Positions 34,901 through 48,400 are shown, numbered from the whole stretch's first letter. The stretch: DNA of 63,989 nt, filler included, from Lenisia limosa (GCA_001655205.1; 13 parts of 13 records of this genome joined end to end with filler, not necessarily neighbours in it), one strand, 5' to 3'. Notes: generated by a model not told the origin, from the sequence alone. Made by a program: numbers and translations.

Positions 34901-37430
34901 TCTGGGGGTATGGACAAAGCTATGTATGTCTGGGGGCATCAGTCTACAAATACATCTCCTTACCGCCTAGCTCCAACCCTGCTGTCACGCCCTGCACGTG
35001 GGACAGATCTTCAAAGGGCTTCTGCTCGCTCCGAACCTTCACCACCGCCCTCGATTCCGAATACCAGTGGGTGGGTTCGACCTTATATCCTTTTTAGCTC
35101 TACCCCCGCTTCAATAACCCACCAGGTACTTTGACGACCCCAAACAAGGCGGCTACGATAGTTACGCTGATTACTGCTCGTTCTATGTTGCCTCCAGCTC
35201 AGGCACCCTGGTGAGGAATGGCTCGGTTGACTGTTTATTCTGCACCATTTTTCTGCATGTTTTAGAGAGGGTCTCATGGATAGTGAATACCAGAAAGCTG
35301 GCCACTTTATATTCTACCTTTGTCAATACCCTTCCAGTTGCTAGCCTTTTATTCNNNNNNNNNNNNNNNNNNNNNNNNNNNNNNNNNNNNNNNNNNNNNN
35401 NNNNNNNNNNNNNNNNNNNNNNNNNNNNNNNNNNNNNNNNNNNNNNNNNNNNNNNNNCGTCATTGATGGGCGAATACTACGGGGAAGGTGGGATGCGACA
35501 GAGAGTGATTCGTTTCGGGCTAGAATAGACTTGAAACAGTATTATGACAAAGTATGGATTTTAGCTCTTTTTATTGAACATAATGTGACATTTTACCTGA
35601 TTGCGATTATAGGATCACGCTGTCTACAGTCCACTCTCGTTGCCTCAGGAACCGAGGACCCGATCCCGAGCAACAGCCGGCCGGGATGTTATAAGGTATA
35701 GGGGGGGGGGGTCTAGTTTATTTATCTATAGCGCTTCACTTCGGTTCNNNNNNNNNNNNNNNNNNNNNNNNNNNNNNNNNNNNNNNNNNNNNNNNNNNNN
35801 NNNNNNNNNNNNNNNNNNNNNNNNNNNNNNNNNNNNNNNNNNNNNNNNNNNNNNNNNNNNNNNNNNNNNGAGCCCTATTTATCCATAATATAGTATCACA
35901 GTTTTTGTTATAAAAACGCATACAAACCGGGGTTTTATTTTGTTTGGAACCAGCCTCCAATACTTCATGCCGCTCACCCCCCAGGCTGTGTGCATGAGTC
36001 ATGACGTTATGTACCTCGAAGTAGAGGGTCGCCTTGTCAAGTGCCCCGAGGCCGGCGGAGATGTTGATGTTCCTGGTATGTAGAGGCGGCGATTTTGATG
36101 TTCCTGGTATGCAGAGGCGGCGATGTTGATATTCCTGGTATGCAGAGGCGGCGATGTTGATATTCCTGGTATGCAGAGGCGGAGATGTTGGGTTTGCAGA
36201 GGGGTCACGAAAATGATAAAACACACGCCGCTTTCCTTTCCCCCCGCTTCACACTCTCCCAGGCTTCAGAGGTAAGTTGACGTGCCCTCCAACGGCTGAA
36301 ATTTGCGCCTCAATAGCTCTGAGTGAAACGTTCGGAGGAGCGGCCATGGGGGAACAAGGCTACTCCGTCACTACCGCCACCACGCCCATTGTAGGCCGGG
36401 GGACCTGTCAATAGTTTACGAAATATACGTTGCTGCTTATTTGTACTTGCGATTACACCTTCCCACAGTTTGAATGAAAGATGGGAAACCAAACTGTCAC
36501 CTGATACATTTCCATTAACCGTCTTTTCAACATAAGAAAGCAATAAACCTTGTCTTTTCAACATAAGAAACTATCTTCATTGCCCTTTAGATCAATTCTG
36601 TCACTCCCTCCGAAGGTCCTATCACCGGAGGTACCGAAATTGTCTTGAACGGTAGGGTTAGATACATGTAGCTACATGTAATATATCATACTATATCATG
36701 TATAATGATAAATCATATACAGTGACAGGGATAAGTCTTGATTTATTTTCCTTGGAAAATCACGTAGAAAATCGTCAAGAATTATCCTGATCACTGCATA
36801 CATATCTATCAGATGTTACTGTGGGGGTTAACTGTACGTGTACTCAGGGGAAGGCGCACACTGCTTTGCTTGATTTACTAATCCATTTGAGTAAAACCCA
36901 GTCAAGTCACCCCCCCAGGCACTTCCTTCAGGTCGCTTCAGACCTACGACTGTGTTGTTACTGACCCTTGTGATCCTGCCAATCTGGTCACTCCTACGTG
37001 GGGGGGGGGGTCCNNNNNNNNNNNNNNNNNNNNNNNNNNNNNNNNNNNNNNNNNNNNNNNNNNNNNNNNNNNNNNNNNNNNNNNNNNNNNNNNNNNNNNN
37101 NNNNNNNNNNNNNNNNNNNNNNNNNNNNNNNNNNNNNNNNNNNNNNNNNNNNNNNNNCTCTTCCCGTGCTGCTTTTGACCTTTTAGTGCGTCAGTGCCAC
37201 AGCCCGAAGGACTCATTAACTGCACCAACCCGGGGTGGGTGGGAACTTCCCTGTACAATTGCGGAACAGCACGGATATTTCTGCAAGAGTTACATTTAAT
37301 TGTGGGGAGTTTTTTGTGCCAATTTGTTTCCAAATTTTCACCTCTCTAGGTCCGGCTTTATTGGTACAACCTGCACATGGAATGACGTGGCCGAACCCTT
37401 CACAATCACTTCAGTCACCCTCGGGGGGGT
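31949..37430 (+). CDS. Leishmanolysin/GP63 (M8) metalloprotease with Cys-rich, IPT/TIG and EGF-like C-terminal modules; partial, many exons
   Basis: PIRII|FDTTYLD, NRPTFG, IIHE|VTHALGF (HExxH split by an intron), LEDGGGTGTSGSHWEKK, YMSGTSSSHPVFSNLTLAL, then INSVTPSEGPITGGTEIVLN (IPT-like) and CTNPG/GFIGTTC. Confidence 0.88.
32747..32805 (+). repeat. IAE-like tail at a leishmanolysin acceptor
   Basis: GATTTGGGCTTTGTTTTTGTTTCATAATTTTCCTTCGTTTTACTCCTCCCCCTCTAAG|exon. Confidence 0.7.
33767..33828. mobile_element. MITE-B partial copy, reverse orientation
   Basis: TCTTGACCGATTTGC...GATTTCCCAAAG...AATCGGGCAAGTCTTATCCCGGTAACTG-TA. Confidence 0.7.
35729..35877. mobile_element. MITE-A copy interrupted by an N gap
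   Basis: TAGCGCTTCACTTCGGTTC-[N]-GAGCCCTA. Confidence 0.6.
36060..36190 (+). repeat. 31-bp tandem repeat (about 4 units) spanning an exon/intron donor junction
   Basis: Unit GATGTTGATATTCCTG|GTATGCAGAGGCGGC; the first donor is at 36076. Confidence 0.9.
36720..36796. mobile_element. MITE-B copy
   Basis: TA-CAGTGACAGGGATAAGTCTTG...CAAGAATTATCCTGATCACTG. Confidence 0.8.
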
Positions 37431-37596
37431 GGCTTGCAATATCACTGTGGNNNNNNNNNNNNNNNNNNNNNNNNNNNNNNNNNNNNNNNNNNNNTTAATT
37501 AATTAANNNNNNNNNNNNNNNNNNNNNNNNNNNNNNNNNNNNNNNNNNNNCCCCCCCCCCCCGTCCCATTATAAAAGCCGCAATTACATCTTTCAG

Positions 37597-39695
37597 GTTA
37601 CACCATCAATGGCTGATGACACGGAGGCAATTGAACGTAACGTTGCTGTATGAGGGAATTGTAACGAGGGGATTGGTGATATATCATACATTGTATATAA
37701 TAAATACAATAGATATATATATATACAGTGACCGGGGTAAGTTGTGACTGATTTTCCTAGGGAGATCACTTAGCAAATCAGTCAAGACTTATCCCGGTCA
37801 CTGTATTCACGCATATTCACACAGTAGTATCATAAGTATTCATCCAGCTGTCATCATGGCCACACTCATTTTACGACCTAAATATTCCATTTACCACCAC
37901 CACCCCATGTTGATTTTGGGCTTTTGCTTCAAAAATTTCCAATTTACTCCACCCCATGCAGACAGCAGTGGTATATTCCAACAACCTCAAGGATATGATG
38001 TCCGCCATACACACCAACACGGCTCAGCTCCAGGTAAACTGTGACCTGTTTTGGGAAATATTTCATTCCAAAAAGAGAAGTTACTATATTTGGAAGGTGT
38101 AATTAATGTGAAGTGAGAATAGAGGGGGATGATCCAATATTCTGCTTATTTGTAACAATAGTGATTTGCCCATAAAGAGTAGTTGCAAATAAGGAAGGTG
38201 CTAATCTTACTCTTTTCTTAGGGAGACGAAATTGCAGTGTCAGTCACGTGCGGCTTTTCTGCCATAATTGGGCTCTTGGTTGAGGGTCAGGAATTTAGTC
38301 CCGAAATTACTGGTGCCCTTATGCAAAAGGTGAGAAAGTTGCCATATATGGAAGGTAGTCTTGGAAAACATATTCCATTGGGATGAGATAAATATCATCC
38401 TAATTTGTTACTATTTTTTGCAGTATTGTCTCTTATCACATTATTTGTTACAATGAAGGTTGCTTCTGGAGAACTGCCTTTCCACTCCATTACAGCAGAA
38501 GGACTGAACCCTCCTGATGGTGTATGTTGGGACTTAGGATAATGGGTCCGCAAACCCGCCGAAAATTTCATCAGGGGCTATGGCTAAGAGGGCCACAAAT
38601 ATGCTAATAATCACATCTGTAGGGGGGGTCCAGAGTTGGGCTTCACTTCGGTTCGAAAAACGTCAGAATTTCTTGATAAATCCTCGAAAACTATCAATAT
38701 TTTACCGGTGTTTTTCGAACTGAAGTGCAGTCCTTGTCCAAAGGGGTCGATTATGTTGATATTTGATCTGAAACTGATCCCTGGTTGTGTTGTTAGCAAG
38801 TAGAGTTGATTTTGGGCTTCGTGTTTCATTAGTTTTCCCAATTTTACTCCCCCCAGACCAAGCCGACAGTAGCCGGCCCAGGACAATTTGCCTCCCCGGA
38901 TGCCCTCCTCACTGCCGGCGGAATTATTCNNNNNNNNNNNNNNNNNNNNNNNNNNNNNNNNNNNNNNNNNNNNNNNNNNNNNNNNNNNNNNNNNNNNNNN
39001 NNNNNNNNNNNNNNNNNNNNNNNNNNNNNNNNNNNNNNNNNNNNNNNNNNNNNNNNNNNNNNNNNNNNNNNNNNNNNNNNNNNNNNNNNAACAAAATTAA
39101 TTTGTTGCCCAAAATTTTAATGTACCTATGTATATCATATATTTTTCTCTTTTTTCTGACTCCCCCCCTCATGTGTTGTCCAACAAAGTTGATTTGGGCT
39201 TTTTTCACTATTTTTCAATTTAACTCCCCGATTAGTACCTTTATGCCAATATTCATCAAAATTCTCCAATTTTACCCCCCTCTCCATAGATTGACCCGGC
39301 TTGGAAGGTGTCTACCGTATATGGCATGCCATGTGCGTTCTACCACATCGTGCCNNNNNNNNNNNNNNNNNNNNNNNNNNNNNNNNNNNNNNNNNNNNNN
39401 NNNNNNNNNNNNNNNNNNNNNNNNNNNNNNNNNNNNNNNNNNNNNNNNNNNNNNNNNNNNNNNNNNNNNNNNNNNNNNNNNNNNNNNNNNNNNNNNNNNN
39501 NNNNNNNNNNNNNNNNNNNNNNNNNNNNNNNNNNNNNNNNNNNNNNNNNNGAAAAAATTGGACATTATAGTTCATAAATTTACAATTTTACCCAGATACC
39601 CCGGAGATTTTGAGTCTGGAATGGTGCACGCACTCAACGGCGGCGGACAAAACCAGGCCCGAGCTATGATGACGGGAGCCTTGATTGGTGCTCAG
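37597..39695 (+). CDS. ADP-ribosylglycohydrolase family protein of bacterial type; partial, at least 7 exons
   Basis: ADDTEAIERNVA, VASGELPFHSIT, GQFASPDALLT, IDPAWKVSTVYGMPCAFYHIVP and DFESGMVHALNGGGQNQARAMMTGALIGAQ are collinear with a recalled proteobacterial ARH subfamily. Confidence 0.8.
37726..37803. mobile_element. MITE-B copy in an ARH intron
   Basis: TA-CAGTGACCGGGGTAAGTTGTGACTGATTTTCC...AAATCAGTCAAGACTTATCCCGGTCACTG-TA. Confidence 0.88.
37909..37961 (+). repeat. IAE tail at an ARH acceptor
   Basis: GTTGATTTTGGGCTTTTGCTTCAAAAATTTCCAATTTACTCCACCCCATGCAG|exon. Confidence 0.78.
38638..38733. mobile_element. MITE-A copy in an ARH intron
   Basis: GGGCTTCACTTCGGTTCGAAAAA...TTTTTCGAACTGAAGTG. 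Confidence 0.8.
38802..38856 (+). repeat. IAE tail at an ARH acceptor
   Basis: AGAGTTGATTTTGGGCTTCGTGTTTCATTAGTTTTCCCAATTTTACTCCCCCCAG|exon. Confidence 0.8.
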
Positions 39696-40069
39696 GTGTG
39701 TTGATGAGTTATAAATGTAAAAAAGAGGATATTTTGGAATGTGGGGGTGGTAAGTGGGTGAATATCATATTATAATTGAATAAGTTGGGGGGGGGGAATT
39801 NNNNNNNNNNNNNNNNNNNNNNNNNNNNNNNNNNNNNNNNNNNNTTAATTAATTAANNNNNNNNNNNNNNNNNNNNNNNNNNNNNNNNNNNNNNNNNNNN
39901 ACAAAACAAACAAAGACCAGGCAGTCGCTTCTGAAGCACCGCATAAACAGGTGATGAGAATTAAATAAATCAAAACAGTCTCAACAGTCAAGAAAGTCAT
40001 TGAGACCGCACTTCAAGTGTGAGGTAAACTGATACAAAGCCGTGGCATAATGCCCGATATACATCATAC

Positions 40070-42148
40070 CTTGGGGAGGGCATGGCGTTTCTCATAGAGG
40101 TTCAAGGGCATTCTCCCGAGCTGACTGAAGCCACACTCCACGAGCTTGCGGCAGTTGATCGTACGGTGGAAGTAGCTATGAAGGTTACATTCATGTTTGA
40201 CAGGACTCTACGTTCCCTTTCTCCAAATTATTACAAACGACAACGGCTATTCTGTCATTATCTTTTCATTTTCAGAAGACAACTGACTCATCAGCAATAC
40301 AGACCCCAATATACCGTGCGGAAGTGAGAGGCCTCGGAAGCATAACACCGGCTGTGTAAACAGCTTGCCAGACTCCTATGTACAGTTAGTGTGGAGAGAT
40401 GAAAGCGCAACGTGTAAATAGGAGAATCAGCGTTTTTGGTATGTTGAACACGCATTTAAACTGATCAAACAACGTTATAACACTAGAACAATAGAAACAT
40501 CACCATACAACACCAATCATAATTGCCCACCCATAGAGTTGACACGACGGGTAACTTCCTCAATGAGAACTGGGGCCATACGCTGCTCTCTCAGAAGCTT
40601 GTGCACACAGAGAAAATTGATTTCTGTAACTTGTACACCCCTGAAGCAGTGGTTAAAACTGAGGAAAAAGATGTGAAAGCTTGGATGACACTATTGGTAA
40701 AACAAAAAGCCCTCAAGAGCTTTTTACGAATTGTGAGAGGTCCCAGCGATTTCTCCAACAACAGCCCCTCACTTCCCGTAGATACGGATATCAGCGGGTA
40801 CTCCAGTTATGGTGGCAAGGATCTTGTTGTTGTCGACAGAGCGAATAGCAACGTGTGTCTTCTTGGTCCATCCGGGAGGGGTCAGAGCCCATTTCAAGAA
40901 GTCCTTTGAGTAGTCAAACCTTTGCAGTTAGGGGCGAGATTCATTCATAATATGAACAAAAAGAAAAAAAGAGAAAAATGTGAAAACAGATTCATATCAC
41001 GCAAATGACCACGTTTACTGCTTGGTTATTAGCAAACTTCTTCATAAGATTTCTATTTTCAAATAGAAAAAAAAAACGGAATTCTCTGAACCAAGCTGCC
41101 AACACACTCATGTTGACCCTGCTCACCTGAACATTTCATCGTCATCTGTGACATAGTGGTCTCTGAGGAGCACATAGACTTCCTCAAGCTAAAACAGTGA
41201 TTGCGGGGGGGGGGGTAGAATTGNNNNNNNNNNNNNNNNNNNNNNNNNNNNNNNNNNNNNNNNNNNNNNNNNNNNNNNNNNNNTAATGTAAATCGAAGAT
41301 GAGAAGAGACGTTTTTTAATAATAGAGGCGCAACCGACCTCAGCCTCATTGGTAATGTCGAAGCTGCTCCATTTGAGCTCCTTCGGCAAAGGACGAGCGG
41401 TCTTCTTGACATCAGCAAGGGTCTTCTCCTCAAGAGGTCCATTACCCTCCGTCACAACCTCGGCTGAAGGGTGACGGGGCAAAAAAATACAGAAGTATAG
41501 GGACAGAGGAATAACTACTCAGTTTTATAATAATAAAATACAAATTAAAAATTTTCATTTTGCAACATTGAGTTACATCAAAACCAAATAAAGAAAACTG
41601 AGGAGGTAAGAGATTTGCGGGAAATCCGCCTACTGAGTTTGTTGACAGGCTGGTTGTCCCAGAACTCGTGCTTTTTGTTGATGCCTTCAGGCTGCACTTG
41701 TGATGGGGTTGTAAAAAAAAAAAAAAANNNNNNNNNNNNNNNNNNNNNNNNNNNNNNNNNNNNNNNNNNNNNNNNNNNNNNNNNNNNNNNNNNNNNNNNN
41801 NNNNNNNNNNNNNNNNNNNNNGGAAGAAGCAATAATCAATAGTGATAAAATAATGCACATTTACACTTTTCTCATGACTATTTGGACGCCTTAATCCCAA
41901 CACACATCATCCTTGAGAGCAAGCTCTTCGAACTCCTTCTGGATCATTTCAATTGCAATGCTGCCATTAGCTTGCGAGGCCTTCTCAATTCCTTCCTCGA
42001 GAGTCTGCTTGTCCACCGTGGACAGTACTGGCTTCTTCTTACGACGCTTTCTCTTTTTGCTCCCGTCAACGTCCTCAACGTCATCTTCTACCTCATCCTT
42101 TTCCATCCATCCCTCAACTTGGGGGACTTCCTTGTCTTCAGATGCCAT
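40070..42148 (-). CDS. NMT1: Glycylpeptide N-tetradecanoyltransferase (N-myristoyltransferase), 3' end truncated by scaffold end
   Basis: ATG at 42148; [80 protein letters not shown]. Confidence 0.95.
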
Positions 42149-42426
42149 GCTGTCAGATAAAAAAAATATGTGATGAGAGTTCTCTAAATGTCTCCTTCTT
42201 TGAGTGAATGAATGTTTTGCGTTTTTTGTTTGACTACAACAAAGCTATAAAGAGGCTGTAAAGAGGCGCGGCGAAGAGGAAGAGGAAATAGTGATAAAGG
42301 AATTGGCGCTAGCGCCACCTTATAGGGTTGGTTGTTGCCAATGTAAATTGAAGCAATAATGAGAATAATATAAAAAAACAAGGGCAGTTATAGAATCTCG
42401 GAAAGACTTTGGACACTTGAGTTTCC

Positions 42427-45400
42427 ATGTTCATCGTTACGCTCCTTGGACTTCTTGCCCGAGGCCTTCGCTTCTTATTTGCTCTTCTCTGGCTACCACT
42501 GAAAGCATATCTTTACTACACCGAGGTACAGCTCTTCCCCTCTTTCTACGGCTAACTCCTTCAGCCATTTGTGACATCGATCATTTTTGATGAACGAGTT
42601 GAAGGGACAGGCTCCCTGGTCCTTCATGCTCTCCTGTTCATCCCCAGAGGAATAATCACCTGGCTGGCGCCTTTTGTTCTTGTTCTCTCAGCAGTATGGC
42701 CAGGAATCGTTGGTAAGCGGGCATTCTGATTTATCGCATTTTTCCAATTCAATTGGACGAGGTTACACAGTATTATGTCTTAACTTCACAGCTTTCTTCT
42801 ACTTCCCTCCGTTCGTGGTGGTGACAACCATCTGTGGAATAAGTGGGTGGTTTGTGCATTGAATTCACAACAATCACTTGTCAATCGGGGAAACGGTTAT
42901 GTTTTCGAAACAATCTGGCGTGGCCAACTGACGAGCTAATACGTAGTTGCATTCCTGTTCGCCTACCCATGTTACCAAAGTTGCTTCGAAGATTTCTTAG
43001 AAATGGACAACCCTGGGTGAGTCGTGGGTTGACTTTGCAATTCCATTCTAGTGTACTAATACCCATTGTTATCCCTCATCAATTGAGTGCACCCCCCCCC
43101 CCATCTCCCGTGTGTAACAAATGCAGCGATTACATGGCGGCGGTGTGGAAGAGTCTTGCTGACCTGTTGACCGTNNNNNNNNNNNNNNNNNNNNNNNNNN
43201 NNNNNNNNNNNNNNNNNNNNNNAGTCTTGCTGACCTGTTGACCGTGCCTATATTCGTTATTTCCCTGTGCTCTGTTTTCAGGTGTGATGGTGTGAATTAA
43301 ACTCAATATTTGGCCGAAACGGACCTCTGTATCACTGTTTACACGGGTAATGATGGTGGTGGTGTACCATCTTTTGTTGTTATTTGCTCAGACCTGATAG
43401 CGATGGATTATACAAATAATCTGGTTTCAATTTGGTTCCAGATTCATGTATTATATTGCAGTTCTCCCGTTAACTATGGATAAATTTGTGTTTTTTAACT
43501 TTCTTGATAGGGTCTTTGTGGCTCTTGAAATGATATGAAATATTCACTTTTCAGAACTGTGCAAACCACCAAGATGATTTTCGAGGAACTGAGGAGCCAG
43601 CATATCAACGTTGACACTCTGCGTGCCGGGTTCTGGTATCAGGTTAGGTGGCCTGTTTAATGGCAGTGTAGTTATACAGTATGTTGAAATGAGGCCCAAA
43701 AAGCATTTGAGTCAAACCACCGAATGGGACGGGTTTGGCATTTGTTTACTCGCATGACTGTATTGTTGCTTTGCCTTTGTATTTTGCTCATCCCACAGTT
43801 TGGCATCCTTATTCTGGACATCCTAAGTACTCCCATCTCCATTATTTGTCTTTTAGGACCTTGGCGATGGAAGAGGTGGGGGGGGGGGTAGTGGACATAT
43901 AAACTTGTTTTGAAGTGCCAAGTGGTAGAACTAGATGGGTTGATATTTTTAACATGATTATTTGATCCGCCACGTGGTCTATGAGTTTTGAAATGTTTTT
44001 CTGATACTTTAGGATTTTCCATGAGAACAATTGGTTGTCAACAGGAAGGGTTTGTGGCTTACTAGGAATTGCCATATTTGTGAATCAATTTGCTTGATAA
44101 CACAATGAATACCCATGGTGTTACTGATGTTTAGCTCTCTTGTAACTGAAATAAAACTGCCATAATCATAATACTGCATTTACAATATTCGTGTTCCCTA
44201 GTTTTTGTCTATTTTTTCTCAATTTGAGAGCCAAAACTGCAACAGTTCTATGGTTTTGTATCTCTCTCTCTCTCTCTCTCTTTTTTTTTTTTTTTTTTNN
44301 NNNNNNNNNNNNNNNNNNNNNNNNNNNNNNNNNNNNNNNNNNNNNNNNNNNNNNNNNNNNNNNNNNNNNNNNNNNNNGTTGTTGTCCTAGAGTTTTTTTT
44401 ATACTTTCAGAGAGTCTGCCATACTGATCAACTTGGAAGTGAGGATGGGCAACTGCGTCTTTGTTAAACCATTTCTTAAATCTCCCTTTCCAAAGAATCG
44501 ATAAGCTCAATCTGAATCATTGGACTCTTCTTACATGATCTATGATGTCAAAAGGGTGTGGATTGACATTTTAGCTATGTGGTACCATGGTTTCGGTACC
44601 ATCCTTGACCTGCCGTTCTTGCTGTTCGCTATTCTTCCAATCCTGTTCCTCTATAGAATTCCGACCATGATCTCCATTCTCAGGAAAGTTGGCTCATATT
44701 GTTTCTTTGTTTTAGTGTGACGATCTTGGATTAATACATTAGGACATCACAGATTTCCGCTCTTGCTTCTTTGAGCATTTCTTCAGACAGGTTTGCTGGG
44801 CGGGGAGATAAAAGCAACAAGTTCTTCTCTAGTTTTTCTATGAACCTCCAGGTCTATGATGTGATAGCATTCCACGCAGCCCTCATTCTTCTCCTCGTCC
44901 CTTGGAGGTGGATGGCAGTTCTTGGCACAATCAAGTACAACGTGGCCTTCCGGATCACGTGCAATAAGCAGGTGTGAGGAATTGGGTTTGCCCGAAATTT
45001 AGTGGCCGCAGGAGGGTTAGTGGTTACTCCATTGGTGGTAAAGCAAGTCTGCATTGTACATAGTATAAAATATATATTTGTTCTTTTCCAAAAAAAAACC
45101 CGTCTTGAAATACTTGACGTGTTGGGTGCATACCCGTCTTAAAATATCAATGTTCCTCCATCACCCCATAGACTGGTTTAATCATGCTGCTCTTATACGG
45201 AGCCCTCGACTACGTCGCACTGCCCTTCGCAATCATTGACTTGGTGACTATCATCCATGCCAAACGCTTCGTACGGTACCTCAATGAAGTGGTCAGTTCA
45301 GGGGCGTCACTCTTTACGCTCGAATCTTCTCGGTGCATTTGTCTTTGGAAAAAATATACTTACCCCCCCCCCCTCATCATTTTTCGAGTTACCCTACGAT

Positions 45401-48400
45401 ATTCTCGATAAATTCTTAATAGATAATGATATGTTTTAGTCTTGTTGTCACATCAACAGTCGTTCACGTCGGCCATCTGCGGCACTAACGTCCGTCTCAA
45501 TGACAAGCCTTTGGTCACTAGTCTGGCGTTCTTCAGATCGTCCTTCAGCGTGCGAGGAGGGGGTGTCTGGATGAGGATTTTTGCATTCACGCTGTACTCC
45601 ACGTTGTTATGCCCATTATATCTATGTAGCTATGTCCGCGAGGTTCAAGTATCATCAGAAGTAGAGTCAATATTGTTCATTGTTCCCAACCGAAACCTCA
45701 CTTGTTTTAGGTGTTTGGAACCATTGTTGTTGACTTGCCTTTCATTTTGTTGGGTCTCTTCATTCTTGTGTGCGTCTACCGTGTCCCCCATGTCTTTACC
45801 AAGGTGGGGGTGTGGGTATTTGACCTTTTAATTGTCCTACCGAAAAAACCTCCGTAAAAGTTCCTTTTTTTATATTTGATACTTCACGTGTGCTCAATGG
45901 CATACGATATTCCCAGCACTTTTACGGTTATTGTATGTGACTTGGCTGATTTTTGACCTTCCTTCAGACTTCCAAAGGACGCTTTGACCTCCACGAAGTC
46001 CGACAGAGGGCACTGAAGCAGGGCGGCCTGGCCATATTGGACATTGTGACCCTGATACCGATGATGCTCGTGACTCTGCTGAAGTACCAAAGCTCTGTGG
46101 CCTCGGCAACCTACCACAAGGCTGTACATGTGGGACACGGGGGGGGGTGTTACAATGGGATTTTGCTCCATTTCAAAAGAAAAGACTTAAGAGTTATTGA
46201 AGCGGGAGTCTGCTTAATTTTTCTTAACAATTTTATACAATTATTGTTCTGGGGTGGACAAATGTATAATTGTGAGTTTAATCGTTTCCGTAAGATTATT
46301 GGCTGAATTCCTTTATAGGGCACAAAATGTCTCTGTTTTTTACCACTTAATAAAATCATCATCTAAATTAATGGAATTTAGCACTTTCTATGGGTGATTT
46401 TAGACTTGAAAACTATACGATTTGACCAAAATTTCATGACATTCCAATAACTTGTCACCAAAGTTTCCTAGAAAACGACAAAATTTTACTGTTATCCAAT
46501 TCTCTTGGAGTTGACTCAGAAAAGTGCATATTTCTTGCGATGTTACATGGAAAAGCGGGCGAAATTCCAAAAAAAAACATTGTTTTCAAAATTTAAGCGA
46601 CTCCAGCTTTAAAATTATTCAAGAATCCAAGATTATATATCTTTTGAAGCGTTATTATGGTGTAGACGCCTTCGGCCAGTTATTTGTCAATTGTTCATAT
46701 TCCCAGAAGGCGGCCACTTACTTGACTTGCAGGAAAAGAAAACGCTGCAAACAGCGTCTTTCCATTTCGCATACTGGCGGGCCTTCTTTTTGTGGGATTG
46801 ATTTGACTTATGTATGGTAGATTATGTATTAATGTATACAATGTACAAACGGAAGAAATGAAGTATTTAACACATTGCTTTCCTTTGTTCCGATTGTCAT
46901 TATACATTAACTATACAGGCACCTGATGGACTGCTTCATTCTGCCCTTCACGCTGCTGTTCCTCGTTACCCCTTGGAGACTCTTCCAGACTGTCAGGAAC
47001 GCCCATCTCCGAAGTAGCGATACTCTGGCGGTGTACGGCGCTGTTGTAGTCGGAATCTTGAAGGCATTTTTGGACATTATCCTCTGTAAGCGTTATTTGT
47101 CTTTGGGCCTTGAAACTCCAATGTTTTTGTTGTGTCTTTTTTTTTTGGAGAACCATCCAGAGCTTCCGTATCAGAGTGGATTCCTTGAGATATTCGATTG
47201 GTTCTGGTTAAATACATGTTCATATAGCATACATGTACATATATGTGTGTGTGTGTGTATGTATAATGCTGTAGTCCCGCTGCTGCTGCTAATATTGGTC
47301 TCGTTCTGGCGCCTGCCCCAGGCAATTGAAGTTGCCAAGAATACCCGAGGCCTCTTCACTTTCCATCAAAAGGTTAGTGACTGCCTGGCTACATCTCTAT
47401 TATTACACATTCACTGTCGATCCTGCATCCAGCTTACCCCGTTCCCAGGCTTTTGGACTTGTGGGTTCGTGCATTCTCGACTTCTTCTTTTTCCCAAGTG
47501 CTCTTCTTCTGCTTGTTCTTGGAGGATGGAGAATTCCAAAGGTGAGCATGACTTGTGTGAAGTGTTGATTGTTTTGAGGAAGTAAGCATAAGGAGTATGT
47601 TAATACTATCGATGATATACCTTTTTTTCACTGTTTTTCACCTCCGAATTATTCCATAGTTCAATGATAGTGATATTGAACTGTGCAACATATCAAATGA
47701 CACGTTCTTGACTTGTCATTTCCATAACAATCCATAGCAATTCATACCCATAATGCTTATCCACACCTAGATCAAACGTGAATTCAAGGGACTCATGGAA
47801 GAAGAGAACCTCTACTTTTCATCCGTTTCCAACGTTCAGCCTTCCGCACCCCTTGCTAAGGAATCCGACTTTGGTATGCTCTCCATGCCCCATCCTTCAT
47901 GCCCCATCCTTCATGCATCATTTTTTATTAGGCTATGGGTCTGGTACGAAATCTGTTCGTTTTCACGTTATTTACATATTGATATGTATATTACATATGT
48001 TCTCGGGTTTCGTGTTATACCTCAAGCTATGACACCATCGTGCCATAGTATTATCAAATATTTGAGAATACTACCAATGAATACGAAACTAAGAGCTGTA
48101 CACACGTGATAATCGCCACCCCCAGGCTTCGATGTACCTCAAGCCGAAGACCAGTCTTTCCACAGTCCTGGTACGGGTGTGACACATCATCATGGCATAT
48201 GGTTCTTGAAACAATACATAGACACAGAGATAATCAGTATCACAAGCAATCATTATTCCAAAAGGAACAATCTTATTCTATTTTGATCCACCCCATAGGA
48301 ACGCCAGCCGCTGTGAAGAGACAACAGAGCGAGCGGCTCTGCGAAAGCACCTCCCAAACGACCCAATGGTCTAACCTCTACAGCTGCAGTCAGTTCTCAC

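Noticed and set aside
43146-43245. AGTCTTGCTGACCTGTTGACCGT repeated on both sides of an N gap
   Set aside because: Typical overlap of contig ends across a scaffold gap within one exon.
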